Assembly (NCBI GenBank): GCA_965240325.2
Contig: OZ251238.1
Location: 682,001 to 746,000, forward strand
From: Rebecca billardiae RCC1528
Lineage: Eukaryota; Protista; Haptophyta
Reading direction: 5' to 3'
DNA length: 64,000 bases
The notes beneath the pieces are model-generated. The model was not told where the DNA came from. It searched no databases and worked only from the letters and a program-made list of their open reading frames with translations. Positions 34,253-46,418 of the stretch are shown piece after piece. A program made the translations under genes and the position numbers. How positions within the stretch are numbered: the first letter of the stretch is position 1; each line of letters starts with the position of its first letter.

Positions 34253-35853
34253 ATGTTCGGCGCGGCAGGTGCCACGCCCAACCCGTTCGCCGCCGCCGGC
34301 GGTGCGCCGGCGACGCCAGCGCCGACGCCGTCCCTCTTCGGCGCGCCGCCGGCCGCGTCGGGGGCGCAGGGCGCAACTCCGTCGCTCTTTGGCGCACCGC
34401 CCGCGGCAGGGCAGACGCCCGGGCAGGCGCAGCCGGCGTTATCGCTGTTCGGCGGGGCGCAGCCGGCGTCCTCTGCGGCGCCATTCGGCGCGCCGACGGC
34501 TGGCGGCCTCTTCTCCGCACCCACCACCTCGGCGCCACCGCTCGGTGCGTGCAGCCAGCCATGCGCGCCGCGCCGCGCGCTGCGCATGCATCGGAGCTCG
34601 CGCGCGCGGGAGGCGCAGCTGGTGCGAACGCGTGCGCCTGAGTGTTGCGCGTCGCGCGCGCGCGCGCGCGCCTTGCCGCACCCGGCGCCCGCCGCGCAGG
34701 GGGCTCGCTCTTCGGCGCGCCCACGAGCACGGCTCTCACGTTTGGCGGCGGCGGCGGCGGCGGCGCGGCCGGCTTTGGCGCCGGCGCCTATGGCAGCGGT
34801 GCCGGCGCGTTCGGCGGGTTCGGCGCGGCGTCCGGCGGGCTTGCGGGCGGCGGCGGGTTCGGCGCCGCGCCCGGCATGGGCGCGCAGCAGCCCGCCGCCG
34901 CCGCCGCCCCCGCGCCGGGCACCGACATCTTCCCCCTCTTCCGCGCGCAGATGATGGCGGCGTGGGACCCCTCCAACCCGCGCACGTGCGCGTTCCGGCA
35001 TGTCCTCTTCGACGACGCGTCGCGCGAGGCGGCGGACGGCACGCTCGCGCCGCCGCCGGCGGAGGAGCTGCAGAAGCTGCGCAGCGCGAACCGCGCGGCC
35101 GCCGACGACCTGCTCTGGGACCAGGCCGACGCGCACAACCCCGAGCCGCGCCGGCTCGTGCCGACGCAGCTGACGGGCTTCCAAGCGCTCGTGTCGCGCG
35201 CGGAGGCGCAGCGCGCCGAGGTGCGCACGCAGACGCGGCGCGTGAGCGACCTGGACGCGGCGGTGACGGAGCTCGCGGACCGGCGCGACGTGGACATGCG
35301 CGTCAAGCTCGACGCGTACCGCGCGCGCCACGTCACGCTCGTGCACCGGCTGCTCGGGCTGATGGGTAAAGTTGAGTACCTGCGCGCGCGCCGCGCCGCG
35401 CACCACCACCACGCGGCGGCGGCGCTCGGCGCGCCGGGCGGCGGCGGCGGCGGCGGCGGCGCGGGCGGCGCGGCCGCGGGCACGTCGACGTGGACCTCCG
35501 AGCTCTCGCTGTCCGAGCTGCAGCTGCACAACCAGTTCGGCGCGCTGCTCGAGGAGGTGGTGCACACCAAGGCGCTGCGCGCGCGCCTGCACTCGCTCCA
35601 CGCGAGGATGGCGCAGCTGCCGCCCGCCGAGCTGCCGCCCGCCGGCACGGCCGAGCTCACCGCCGACGGCGTGCAGCACCTGGCCGCCGTGCTCATGCAG
35701 CAGCAGGCTGCGATCACGCAGCTCGTGCGCGTGATCGACACGGACGCGCGCGATCTGGAGATCATGCGCGCGTCGCTCGGCGGCGCCGCCGACCACGCGA
35801 TGGCGGATGGCGCGGGCGGCGCCGCGCACCAGTACGCCGCCTACACCAGGTGA
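34253..35853 (+). CDS. NUP54: Nucleoporin Nup54/Nup57 (intron 34545-34699)
   Basis: SLFG/FG repeats, then WDP.NP..CAFRHV, LWDQA...NP.P.RLVP...GF.AL..R and coiled coils. Confidence 0.85.
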
Positions 35854-36519
35854 TCGCGCACGGCCGCGGGTGGCAGCGCCAACTGGTGGGGCCTGTCCCA
35901 CCGGCGAGTGTGTCCGTCACTGCGGCCACCGTCTTCATGGCGCACTCGCAACCTCTGCCGTCGCTCTGTGGCCCTCCGCCCTCGCCGCCCTCGAATCGCC
36001 GATCACGGCCCACGGGCCCGGACACGCGGTCGCGGGGCGCGGCTGTCAGTCAATATCACGACAATTACAAATATGCCATGTTGGGGCGCGGCAATAATTC
36101 GCCAATTCCCGTGGCCAAGGCAACGGTGAATCCGATCCGGCGTGAACCGGGTTGTACTCAGAGGTGCCAGAATCATCGCCGACTACAAGATCGTACAAGA
36201 TTAGCGTTCTTCGGTTGATCACACAACCTACCCACATCAATACATCACCGATAAAATCTGGGTAAGCATCGCTTCACTTGATGTTCTTGATGATTGTTCG
36301 TGTCATTCCGAGTCAAGAGTGGGCCGTCCTTTGTTCAGGGAATACGGGCGGGAGTTCAGGGAATTATAGGGTCTTAGAGTGCGAGAAAGGGGAGATCGGC
36401 AGGCAGATGTGTCCTAGACTCCTCCTCACTACCGATTCCTTCTCAGGACGAATTTTGACTGTCCCAAGGAATATGGACCATTCGCATTTCGTCGTTGGGT
36501 CGACGTGCGCTCACAAGTC

Positions 36520-37822
36520 ATGGTGAACGACAGGTCGCATCTCCCCGGCAACAACCAGCAGCCCAACGCGATGTACCCAGCGGGGATGCCGATGCAGAGC
36601 GCAGCGCCCGCGCCGCCCTTCTACCCGTCGAGCATGTTCGCCATGCCGACGATGGCGCACGTGACGCCTGCCGCCACGGCGCACCCACACGCGCTCGCCC
36701 AGGCGCACCCGGCGGGCGGCGCGCGGGGGCCGACGGCCGGGTGCATGCCGCGCATGGGCGCGGGCATGCGCGCGAACGAGGGCGCCGACATGAGCACGCT
36801 CGCCAGCGTCTGCACGGCAGACCTGCCCGAGAGGAGAGCCAGCACAGTCGCGTCGAACGCGGCGCCGTCGACGCCGGCCGACTTTGTGTACGGGGGCAAC
36901 TGCCCGGGCCTGCAGCTGCTGACGCACTTCGACGGCAAGGCGGAGGCGGAGACGCCCGAGGCGCTCCTGGCGCAGATCAACCCCGTCAAGACGATGGTGA
37001 TCAACAAGCTGGGCAAGGTCGACTGCCCCAACCCGAAGCGTTGGAACGAGTCGCAGAAAGTCCTGTACCCGTGCCGCGAGCACTCGTCCATCTCCCTCAA
37101 CGTGCGCATCGGGCCGCCGGGGAGGCGAGTGCTGACCAAAGTGGAGATCGTGTGCTGCTTCTCGACCAACTGCAAGCGCTCGTACTGGTGCGCACGCGCG
37201 CCCCCCTCCCCCCCCCCCTCCCGCGCGCGCGCCTCCCCGTGCTCGATCGGCCGCGCGGCCCGCTCGCTGACGCGCGCGCCGCCCGCCCGCGCCGCCGGCC
37301 GGTGCGGTCCGCAGGAAGCTCAAGAGCTCCGCGCGCAACTGGATGTGCTACTTCGACAACACGGAGCTCTCGGAGCAGTGCCGCGTCAAGTGCATGTGCA
37401 TGCCGCAGCGCTGCTCGTCGTGCGACGAGGCCAAGTGCGCGGGCACAGACACGCTCACCGCCAAGCCCTTGCTCAAGCAGCTCGAGTGGCTGTGGGAGCG
37501 GCACAAGGCGCCGCAGGCGATGACGGACATCTCGCACGCCGAGCGGATGCAGGCCATCGCGATCACGGAGCGGCTGCTCGAGCGGCTACGCGACACCGCG
37601 CCGCCAGGCACGCTGCCGCCGCCGTCGCTCGGCGGGCTCACCATGCCCTCCCTGCTGATGGGCACGGCCGCCGGCGCCGGAGGGGGCGTCGGCGCGGCGG
37701 TGTCGCTGATGACAAACGAGCAGCACGCCGTGATGGGCATGCTCCCGCCCGCGTCCGGGGCTGAGCACGGCGCGCAGGACGGCGCAGATGCGCAGGCGAG
37801 CAAGCGGATGCGCGCGGCGTGA
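36520..37822 (+). CDS. Cys-rich hypothetical protein, probably nuclear (intron 37188-37314)
   Basis: Splicing joins VEIVCCFSTNCKRSYW to KLKSSARNWMCYFDN..CRVKCMC..RCSSCDEAKC; strong GC3 bias; C-terminal SKRMR. Confidence 0.7.
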
Positions 37823-38267
37823 CGTGCGGATGACGCGCTCGGTCGGTTGTGTGGACATAATGTCGCCTGTCGGTGTGGCGCCGCCCGCGGAGCAGCAGCG
37901 CGTCGCGGACGCGGGCCTCGGAAGTGATGAACGGACTTTGAGCTTTCAGAGTCCGCCGAGGACTTGTGCCGACCGTGTGTGCATCCGTGAACCCGGGCCG
38001 CTGGCACGGTGGCACCGAACAGCTTATTGCGCTCTTGACTTTGAATCGTCTAATTGCTGCCAGTCTTGGCGCTTCGATCCGTGACCCCGGGCCGTTTGCG
38101 TTACGAGTGAACTCTGACATCAATTCTTATTCGTTGCCATCAAAGCAGACTTCTGCTGATCGACGGTGATTTTCATCATGTCGGATTTCCGTCCGTATGT
38201 CCGAATATTCTGCCCGAAATGCGCGACGGCCGAGCGGCGAGCGGCGCCGCGGCGGCCGCATCCAACA

Positions 38268-39170
38268 ATGACGGCCTGCGCCCCCGGCACGCCTGACGAG
38301 CGGCCTGCGGATAAGAAGCACGTCGCGATGGAGCGGTACGCGGCGTTCGGTACGCGTGTGCGCCAGCTCTTCGGCGTGCGCCGCTCGCCACTGCGCTCTC
38401 CGACACCGCCTATCCCGAAGCCGCCTGCCAGGGCCGCGGCAACGGCCGCAGGGGATGTGCGTGCGCTCGCGGCTAGGCTCGGCCGCGCTGAGGGCATGCT
38501 CGGCACTGAAGGCTACCTCATGCGCGATGCTGAGCGTGCGCTTGCGCATGCGTCGGAGACTCGCGCGGCCGTGTCCACGGCCGCTCGCACCGGTGCGCGC
38601 GGATCCAAGGCGGGAAAGGGTGCGGCGGCGGCGGCTGCGCGCGCAAGCAGACCAGCACGCGCAGGGGCTTTGCGGTCTAGCGACGCGCTGAGCGCACAGG
38701 CGCACACCGTGCTGAGCCACACGAGCGAAGTGGCCGACGCCGTCTACCCGAGTGTGCCCGCTTGGTTCGCCGCTGCGGGCACCGCGGTCGCAGCCATCTA
38801 CATGGCGGCCGACATCGCCGGCCGAGCACGCCTAGAGGCAAGTCGCCCGCCAGCGGAGCGCAACGTCGGGCGCGCCGTGCTCGCCGGCTGCGTCTTCCAC
38901 GGCATAGCAAGCGTCGCAGCGCCGACTGTGCTCGTACATGGCGCGATGCGGGCGGCGCATGTGGCGATCGGGCGGCGCCGCGGCTCCTGGGCAAGATACG
39001 CCCCGACGGCCGCCGGCCTCGCGGTGATTCCGCTCATGCCAGTCCTCGTGGACGCGCCCGTGGAGGCGGGCGTTCAGGCGGCGTTCGCACTTCTTTGGCC
39101 CGTCCCACCAGCAGAGGCGACGGCGTCGACGGTCTATGACGTCTCCAGAGGACGCGCGCCTCCGGAGTAG
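38268..39170 (+). CDS. MTFP1/MTP18-like mitochondrial fission protein (divergent)
   Basis: HTSEVADAVYPSVP, IY+AAD, VFHGIASVAAP.VLVH, PTAAGLAVIPLMP..VDAPVE match the MTP18 pattern; start uncertain. Confidence 0.7.
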   Translation: MTACAPGTPDERPADKKHVAMERYAAFGTRVRQLFGVRRSPLRSPTPPIPKPPARAAATAAGDVRALAARLGRAEGMLGTEGYLMRDAERALAHASETRAAVSTAARTGARGSKAGKGAAAAAARASRPARAGALRSSDALSAQAHTVLSHTSEVADAVYPSVPAWFAAAGTAVAAIYMAADIAGRARLEASRPPAERNVGRAVLAGCVFHGIASVAAPTVLVHGAMRAAHVAIGRRRGSWARYAPTAAGLAVIPLMPVLVDAPVEAGVQAAFALLWPVPPAEATASTVYDVSRGRAPPE

Positions 39171-39978
39171 GCATGGTTGCGGGTTGGGTGGTCGGCCATG
39201 GGGAGGGATATCTCAACAATCAATCTGGAGATAATACGACTCGGGGGCCGGGATCGGGGAGATTTCGATCTTGTCCCATATTGAGGATGGATGCCGTTTC
39301 GGGTGTTCCGGTTCGCGGCCATCGCCAACACCATCTTCAATCTCTCCACGGGAGATAGAGAATCTTTGATAGGGTGGAGGGCTGCCTCCAGAAGTTTGAG
39401 TCCCGTCGGCGTCCGTGGGGAGCTCAGAATGTACCCTATGATCCCTGCATCTATATCGCGGAACCAACCACTTGGCTCATGAGATTCCCCGTCCTCGTCA
39501 CTACTTGATGACCGATGGCGAAATGTCGTACTCACGCCCAAAGACGCCAACCCACCACGAACCACTTTCCGTATTCATCCTGAGCCACGTCAAACTCTGT
39601 GCGAGTGGTATACGGTTTAAATAGAACTCTGTCGGCGTTTATCCCGCGCGAAAAGCGCAATCTTGTAACACCCGTATAAAGATAGCACAAGTTCGCGGCG
39701 TCTTGGTGGGTAACCCTCACCAGTCCTCCCACAGGCCGAGATGGTGCAGATGATGAGGAGGGGAGGCACTCGCACGGATAGGGTTCGCCTGAAAGGGTTG
39801 AAACGAATCCGAGTTGCTTATGTTTCAGGCTGGGATCATCGGCTTTAAAAGCGGCTCGTAAGCAACGAGCCGCCGGTTCACCAACTTTTTCCGCGGAGGC
39901 CGCCAAACGCGCGGGTGAGATTCCGACAATCTGTGCAGCATCTCGAGCGTGGATTCCTGATGATGCGCACTCCCACAT
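39134..39978 (-). pseudogene. Lower-GC pair of overlapping ORFs (148 and 143 aa), unknown
   Basis: Stop-free frames in lower-GC sequence with normal amino-acid composition, overlapping by 34 bp. Confidence 0.3.
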
Positions 39979-40063
39979 AGCCGCGCGCGGTTTTCGGAGT
40001 GGCCGACGATTTCGCCGTGGAACTTTGCGGCAGACCGAACCTCACTGCCACCCCGCGAACGTG

Positions 40064-41209
40064 ATGTGCGCCGCGTTGGACTCCGTGCTCGGCAGCGACG
40101 ACCTGCTCACGCACATCCTGGGCCACCTCGTGCGCGGCTGCCCTCGCGCTCGACGAGCCACCGGCGTGTGCCGCCGCTGGCGTGAGCTCTACCCCCGCGC
40201 CGACGACGTGCTCGGCGAGCTCGGCGCGTCCGGCGCCGGCATCGCGCAAGGGCAGCTCGCCCAGCTGCTGGCGCTGCCCACGACGAGCCTCCGCGCATTC
40301 CCCTCGGAGAAGCGTCCGCGTACATTCGGCGGTCAGTACATCGCCTACGACGTGCGCAACGTCGTCCCCGCCATCGTGCGTGCGCACGGCGGCTGGGCGG
40401 CCGTCGAGCGGAGGCACGCGCAGCGCATCCGCCTCTCCCAGCGCGCGCACAAGGCGGTGCACACCCGGCGCGCGGCGAGCGAGGAGTCGGTAAGCAAGCG
40501 GCGCTCGCAGGCCCTCTCGGCGCGCATCGCGCGCCTCGACGCCGCCCTCGTCGCCGCCGGCCTCCCCTTCCGCAGCACGACGCAGCTGCTCGAGTTTGCC
40601 CTCAACGCGTGCCCGCCAAGCTACCCGGCGCGCCACCTGTTCGGCCGGTACCTGCGGCACGCGATCGCGCCGAGCACCTCGCTCAAGTCGCTCGTGGCGA
40701 GCGCCAGCGCGCTTGCGCGGCTGCACGCGTGCGCGGTGCGCGAGGCCGCCGAGGCCGAGCTGATCGCGAGCGCGCACGACGCCGGACAGCCGCTGGCTGT
40801 CGGCGCGCATGCGCTGGCGCGCGCCATGCACGCGCGGCGCGTGCCCGCCGCGTGCGCTCTGGTGGGGCTGAGCGACGCCGAGTTTGCGCACGTGCTCGCC
40901 CTGCCCGACTTCCAGCTCCGCGCCACCTTCGCCCACGCCTACGCCCTCGCCCTCGACGTCTCCATCGAGTCGGCGCGCATCGCGACCGAGGCGGCGCTTC
41001 TCGAGCAGGAGAGCCTGGACGACATGCGCTGCGCGCTCGAGGCGCGCGTGCACGAGCTCGAGGCGGAGGGCCTGGACTCGTCGCTGGGCGAGACGTTGCT
41101 CGCGGCTGCGACGCGGCCGGCGCCCGACGGCGAGCCGATCACGACCTGCCCCTGGGCAGCCTGCGACGAGATGTCGACGGACATCCACGGCGCCGACATG
41201 GAGCTTTGA
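40064..41209 (+). CDS. F-box protein, possible XPA-C-like domain
   Basis: N-terminal VLGSDDLLTHILGHL...TGVCRRWR (F-box-like), then LLALP..SLRAFP..KRP....YIAYDVR.V......HGGW. Confidence 0.6.
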   Translation: MCAALDSVLGSDDLLTHILGHLVRGCPRARRATGVCRRWRELYPRADDVLGELGASGAGIAQGQLAQLLALPTTSLRAFPSEKRPRTFGGQYIAYDVRNVVPAIVRAHGGWAAVERRHAQRIRLSQRAHKAVHTRRAASEESVSKRRSQALSARIARLDAALVAAGLPFRSTTQLLEFALNACPPSYPARHLFGRYLRHAIAPSTSLKSLVASASALARLHACAVREAAEAELIASAHDAGQPLAVGAHALARAMHARRVPAACALVGLSDAEFAHVLALPDFQLRATFAHAYALALDVSIESARIATEAALLEQESLDDMRCALEARVHELEAEGLDSSLGETLLAAATRPAPDGEPITTCPWAACDEMSTDIHGADMEL

Positions 41210-42683
41210 CTTTGAGCCCCGGCGGCCCGTGCTCACAGCTCAGGCCCAGGGGCAGGTCACCGCGGTGACATCCTGACGCAGCCAGCCAGCCACTGCACGC
41301 CCGTCAGTGCCCTGCCGTCTGCTGAGCTGGCATGACATGTGAGCTACACTAGCCAGGTGCCGTTCAATGTCGCCGCCCTGTTCTGAGGTCATCCTGAGTC
41401 CTGACTCGTCACTCACCAGGCGGCGGTTGCAGTGCATGGCTTGATTTTAATAACGACGCCTGCGGACCAGAATAAATGCTCAACAGGCATTTTCTCCCGG
41501 TCCCTCGGTAGCTTTGCTGAAGTTGAATTCAGGAGCACATAGTGAGATTCGAGATGAAAATCTTCAGATGTGATCTTTCCCTCTGTCATCACCGATCTCA
41601 AAAATCTGAAGTCCACGAGGAATCGGTGGATGCAGCAAACTTGCTCAAGAGTCGACGGGACCAACCTCGGTAACCACCGCCCCGCAACCCTCCTCCTCCC
41701 TGCGCGCATCGGCTTCTCTCTCGGCGTCGCAGATCGAGTGCCTCCACCCGGACGAGTCCGGTAGAGCGAATATACTCCAACCTCCGACACGTAAGGGTAC
41801 GCCCCATCCACCCAGATGCGCGCGAGTTGGTCCTGTTGTAGCCCGAAGCACCTCCTTGTGCTCGGCCCCTTTCGTCACACCGCCAGTCGTGAGACGGCCC
41901 ACGACCCGCTGCGGACCGCACCGTGTGCAAGAGGACAGCCCCACTCGAAGAGCTGCGCGGCGATCGGAGGTGTGGTCGGCAGCCGTAGGCGTGAATCTGT
42001 GCATATGCCTCCCGTGCGCACGGTGCCGCCTCCGTGCAATCACCTCTGGCGGTGCCGGCTGGCCGAGTGGCGAGTGCCGAGCCGCCAGCCGGCGCCGCGC
42101 GGCATCGTCTCGTGACTTCGACCGCGCGTCATCAGTCATCTGGTTGATGCTGGAGTGATGATGAGTAGCCGGCGGATCCTCGGACTCTGATGCGCACCCC
42201 GCACTGTATGAGTGGGCACGCAGCGGCATCCAGGTACTGGCTTACATGGCAGCCTGATCAATGGCGGCGGCCCCGCGCCGGGGTGGCCCGACGAGTAAGA
42301 CGCTATAAGAGTTACTCAAACTGAGTTAGTCACTCAGACCGCAGACGAGTGACGGCCCGAGTCGAGGACTCGCCAGGCTCCGCAGTAGTGAGTAGGAGAC
42401 GCCAGACGGCCGACGCGCGGGGAGTCGCAGACGCGGGCGCGGTGGCGGCAGTCGCGCCAGCAGTGTTCCGAGACCGAGTGGGCGTGGCGGGCGTGGCCCG
42501 CGAGCCCCGCGACGGCCCGACGGCCGACGGCCGGGCGACGGCGACGACGACGATCTGATTACACCGCCCGAACCAACCGCGCGACGCCGCCGTGACGATT
42601 GTGTCAGATTTGTGACTATCGTGGGGCCCTGCGCACTCAGCTGTGGGCTCGGCCGATGCCACCGCCCGAGCGGCGAGCGCGGG

Positions 42684-44504
42684 TCACGACTTTGCCCGGC
42701 CGCTGATGGCTTTGCCCGTCGTCGCCGTGGAGGCGGCGCCGCTTTTGCGCACGCCGCCTGCTGCGATGCCGGTGTGTCCCCCTGACGCCGCGCCCGAGCC
42801 TGCGCCCGCGCCCAGCTTGCCCGCGCTGTCTGTGCGCGGGATGTCCCCGGAGGACACGCGTCGCGGCGCGCCCGACCCCGCGCGGGGCGGGCCCAGCATG
42901 TTGGACGAGCCCGTGCCAGTCGAGTCCCCCGACTGCCTCAACCCGCCGCGCGAGGCGCGCGTCGCGGAGCCGAGCGCGCTCGCGCCAACCTTGGCGCCGC
43001 TGGCGCGCGCCGCTGACGCCTTGTCTGGCGCAGCCACCCGAGGCACGCTGCTAGATGAGCCGCCGCCCGCGCCACCGCGCTTCCCCATCTTGACCGAGTC
43101 CTTGCCGCCGAGCTTCTCGGCGGCCTGCTCGGCCGCGCGCCGCTTCGCCTCGTTCAGCGCCGCCTCCGCCTCCGCCTCGAGCTGCGCCTCCTCCTCGGCG
43201 TGCTTGGCCGCGTCCTCGGGCGAGAGGGGCGCCGAGCCGCTCACGAGTCTGATGCGACTGCACTCGTCCGCGGCGTCGTCCGCGGCCTCGCGCACGTCCG
43301 CCATGGCGTCCTTGCTCGCAAGCCTGCGCGCGAGTGCCGCGGCGCGAGGGCGGTGCGCGTAGAGGCAGGGGCGGGGGCGTGAGCCGCGCGCTGCGCGGCG
43401 CCGCTGCGCGCGCGCCACCGCGCGTCGGGAGGGCGCGCCCATCCGCGCGCGCGCGTCCGCACCGCTCTAGGTGCGCCTTGAGTGTGTCCGCAAGCTTGGC
43501 GTCGACGGGCAGACGCAGCCGCTTCTTCACGTCGGGCAGGATGCGCACCGCGGCGAGCCGCACGTTCGAGACGGCGTCCTCGCAGAAGGAGAGCAGCGTC
43601 TCTAAGTAGCCGCTCGACTGCGCGCCGCAGCGCAACGGGCCGGGCCGCGGGCGCCGCCGACGGATGAGCACGGGCGCGCGGCGCGAGGGGCGCGAGGGGC
43701 GCACGGGTGCGTGGCACACGGCGGCGTGCAGCAGCGGCTGGCGCCGCACGAGCCGCGCTCTCCCCCGCCCGTCGGCAATCCGAGGCCTGAGGGCCGCTCG
43801 CTCGCCCGCCCGCTCGCTCGCCCGCTCGCCCACGCGCCCACACGCGCCCACACGCGCGCCCGCACCTGAAAGTAGTGCGCTGAGAAGCGAGCCATCACCT
43901 GCGCGCACACGTGCACAAAGAGCAGCCGCTGCCCGTACGAGCTGCCGTGGCCGAACTCGCGGAGGAGGCGCTGCGAGATGAGCGAGCGCTGCGCGGGCTT
44001 GGCCTGCGCGACGCGCGCGGGCGGGGCGGGGTGAGGCGCAGGTGAGCACCGGGGGGCGCCACGCACCGCGCGTGCGCGCGCGCGTGCGCGCGCGCGCGGC
44101 TCACGCCCCCGCGGGCGCGCGCGCGACACGGGGCTCCAGGGAGCGCGCTCGCGCCACCGCGCGCGCTCACCGCACGCATGAGGTACACGAGCACCGACGC
44201 CGCCTCCTGCCGCACCGACGGCACGCCGGTGGCCATGTACTCGTACAGCGAGGGCAGGAAGTGCGCGTGGATTTGCTCGGTATCGAACCAGTGCGGTAGC
44301 CTGTAGTAGTGGGACAGGAGGCTGAGCAGCCGGCGCCACGAGGGGGCGGCTCTGCTCTCCAGCTCGACCAGGTCGCCGAGGAGCTGGCCCGCGAGCGCGG
44401 TGCGCGCCGTGTTGCGCGCGGGCGTGGCGGTGCCCGCGCCGCCGCCGCCGCCGGAGCCGTTCGCCGCGCCGCCCCCCGCCTTTGCGCCCTTTGCCGAGGC
44501 CGCG

Positions 44505-44551
<47 letters not shown>

Positions 44552-46182
44552 CCCGGGAGCGCTCGCGTCCGCGCCCTCGCCGCCGAGCAGCAGGTCGACC
44601 ATGTCGCCCAGCTTGGGCAGCAGCGCGTCGAGCACCTGCGGCTCCTCCGTCTTGAGGAGCGAGCGGTACTCGAACGCGAGGTGGCGCACCGCAGCCTCCG
44701 GCCCCAGCAGCCGCGCCACCTCGTGTACGCCGGCCGCGACGCGCCGCCGCACGCCGGCATCTGAGTCGGACATGAGGGCGCCGACGGAGTCGACGAGCGG
44801 CGACTCGAGGAAGCGCTGCGCGCCGATCGACGCGACGAGGGCGGGCAGGTTCCGCGCCGCCTCCTGCCGCACGCCCACGTCCGCGTGGCTCGCGAGCCCG
44901 GCGAACACGCCGAGTGCGAACGTGAGGTCGGTGCTCCGTTCGCTTTGCGCGACCGGCCCGCTGAGCGCCGCGCCAGAGCCCTCGGCCTTGGCGGCCGCCT
45001 CGTCGGTGTCCGCGCAGAGCTTGACGAGCAGCGGGCCGAAGCCCGCGGCGACGCGGCGGATCAGCTCGCACTCCTCCGCGTTGAGCACCTCGCCCTCCGC
45101 GCCCAGCCGCGTCGACGTCTCCACGACCGCCTTCACAGCCGGCAGCACGGCCGCGCGCCGCTTCTGTGGCTCTTTGTCCCAGCTGAGGTAGGTCTGCACG
45201 GCGGCCTCGAAGGCGGCGGCGCGCACGAGCGGCTGCTCGTCGCGCAGCAGCTCGAGCAGCTCGGGCAGCAGCCGCTGCTTCGCCACCGCCGGCCCCAGCG
45301 CGCGCGAGATCGGCTCGATCTGCGCGCACATGGCGCAGCGCACCTCGCCGTCCGTGTCCTGGCACAGCGCGAGCGCCTGGTCGACGAAGGTGGACTGCAC
45401 GAAGCCCTGGCTGTCGGTGGAGACGGCGGCGATCTTGCCGAAGAGCACGGCCGAGGTCATCCGCCCCTCCGCGCTGCTCGACGGGTCCGACTTGGCCAGC
45501 GCCAGGTCGAGGACCTGCCCTCTCACCTGCATCCGCGGCACGAGCCGCGCGCTCAGCAGCTCGAGCAGCACGTGGAGCCATGGCTCGGCGGACGGCCCGC
45601 CCGCCTGCAGCTGCTGCACGATGTACGGGAGCAGCAGCTCGGCGACCGGCGTGTCGGAGAGGCAGCCCTCCGAGATGGCCGTGCACAGGCTCTCCGCCGC
45701 CTTTGCCTGCTGCATGCCGTCCATCGACGGCAGTTGTTGCTGCGCGCGCGCGCGCGCGGCGAGGGTGGGCGGGGCACGCGCGCGGGCAGAGGGCGGGCGG
45801 GCGGCGGCGGGGTGAGCGTGCCAGACGCGCGCGGACACGCCGGCGCGGCCAGCCGCTCGGCACGCCCCGCGCGTGCTGTCCCGCGGCGCCGCACGCTCGG
45901 CCGCGCCGCTGCCGCGCGGCTCCGCACCGTCAGCACGGGCACGAGGCGCTCGACGGCCTCGCCGCGGAAAATGCGCAGCGTGCGCGCGAGCGTGTTGATC
46001 ACGCACTCGCGCTGCACTTTCTGCCCGTTGCCCAGGAAGAGCGCCTGGGCCTCGAGCTCGGGCGTGTCGTCTGGCACAACGAGCGCCTCGATCTCCTCGT
46101 CCGATTTGCTCAGATTCTTGAGGACGCCGACCTCGTCGCGGTCCTTGCGCCCGTCAAAGTCGAAGTCGAGCAGGTCGTCCAT
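42684..46182 (-). CDS. PPP4R4: Protein phosphatase 4 regulatory subunit 4-like HEAT protein (introns 45740-45927, 44004-44170, 43618-43865, 43324-43462)
   Basis: N-terminal KSDEEIEAL.V......L..GQ.VQ...VI.TL; HEAT motifs LCQDTDGEVR, LLRDEQPLVR, VRQEAARNLPA, SWR, CEDAVSNVR. Confidence 0.8.
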
Positions 46183-46418
46183 GGCCCACCCTCGCGCCAC
46201 CCGCGCGTCGCCGCCCCGCGGCTGTCACCAGCGTCGAAGGGTGCCCGCAGGGAAAGCGAGGCGAGGTGTCGCACCCACCCCGCGGTGCGCTGCCACAGCA
46301 CCGGTAACAAGTTGCTTGTTCTATTTGCGAGATGAAAGAATTTCGCGCGGAAAAACGACGAATGTACAGTTTTTCCGTCCGCCGGTATTTCTGATTGATT
46401 TTTTCGTCGACCGCCGCG

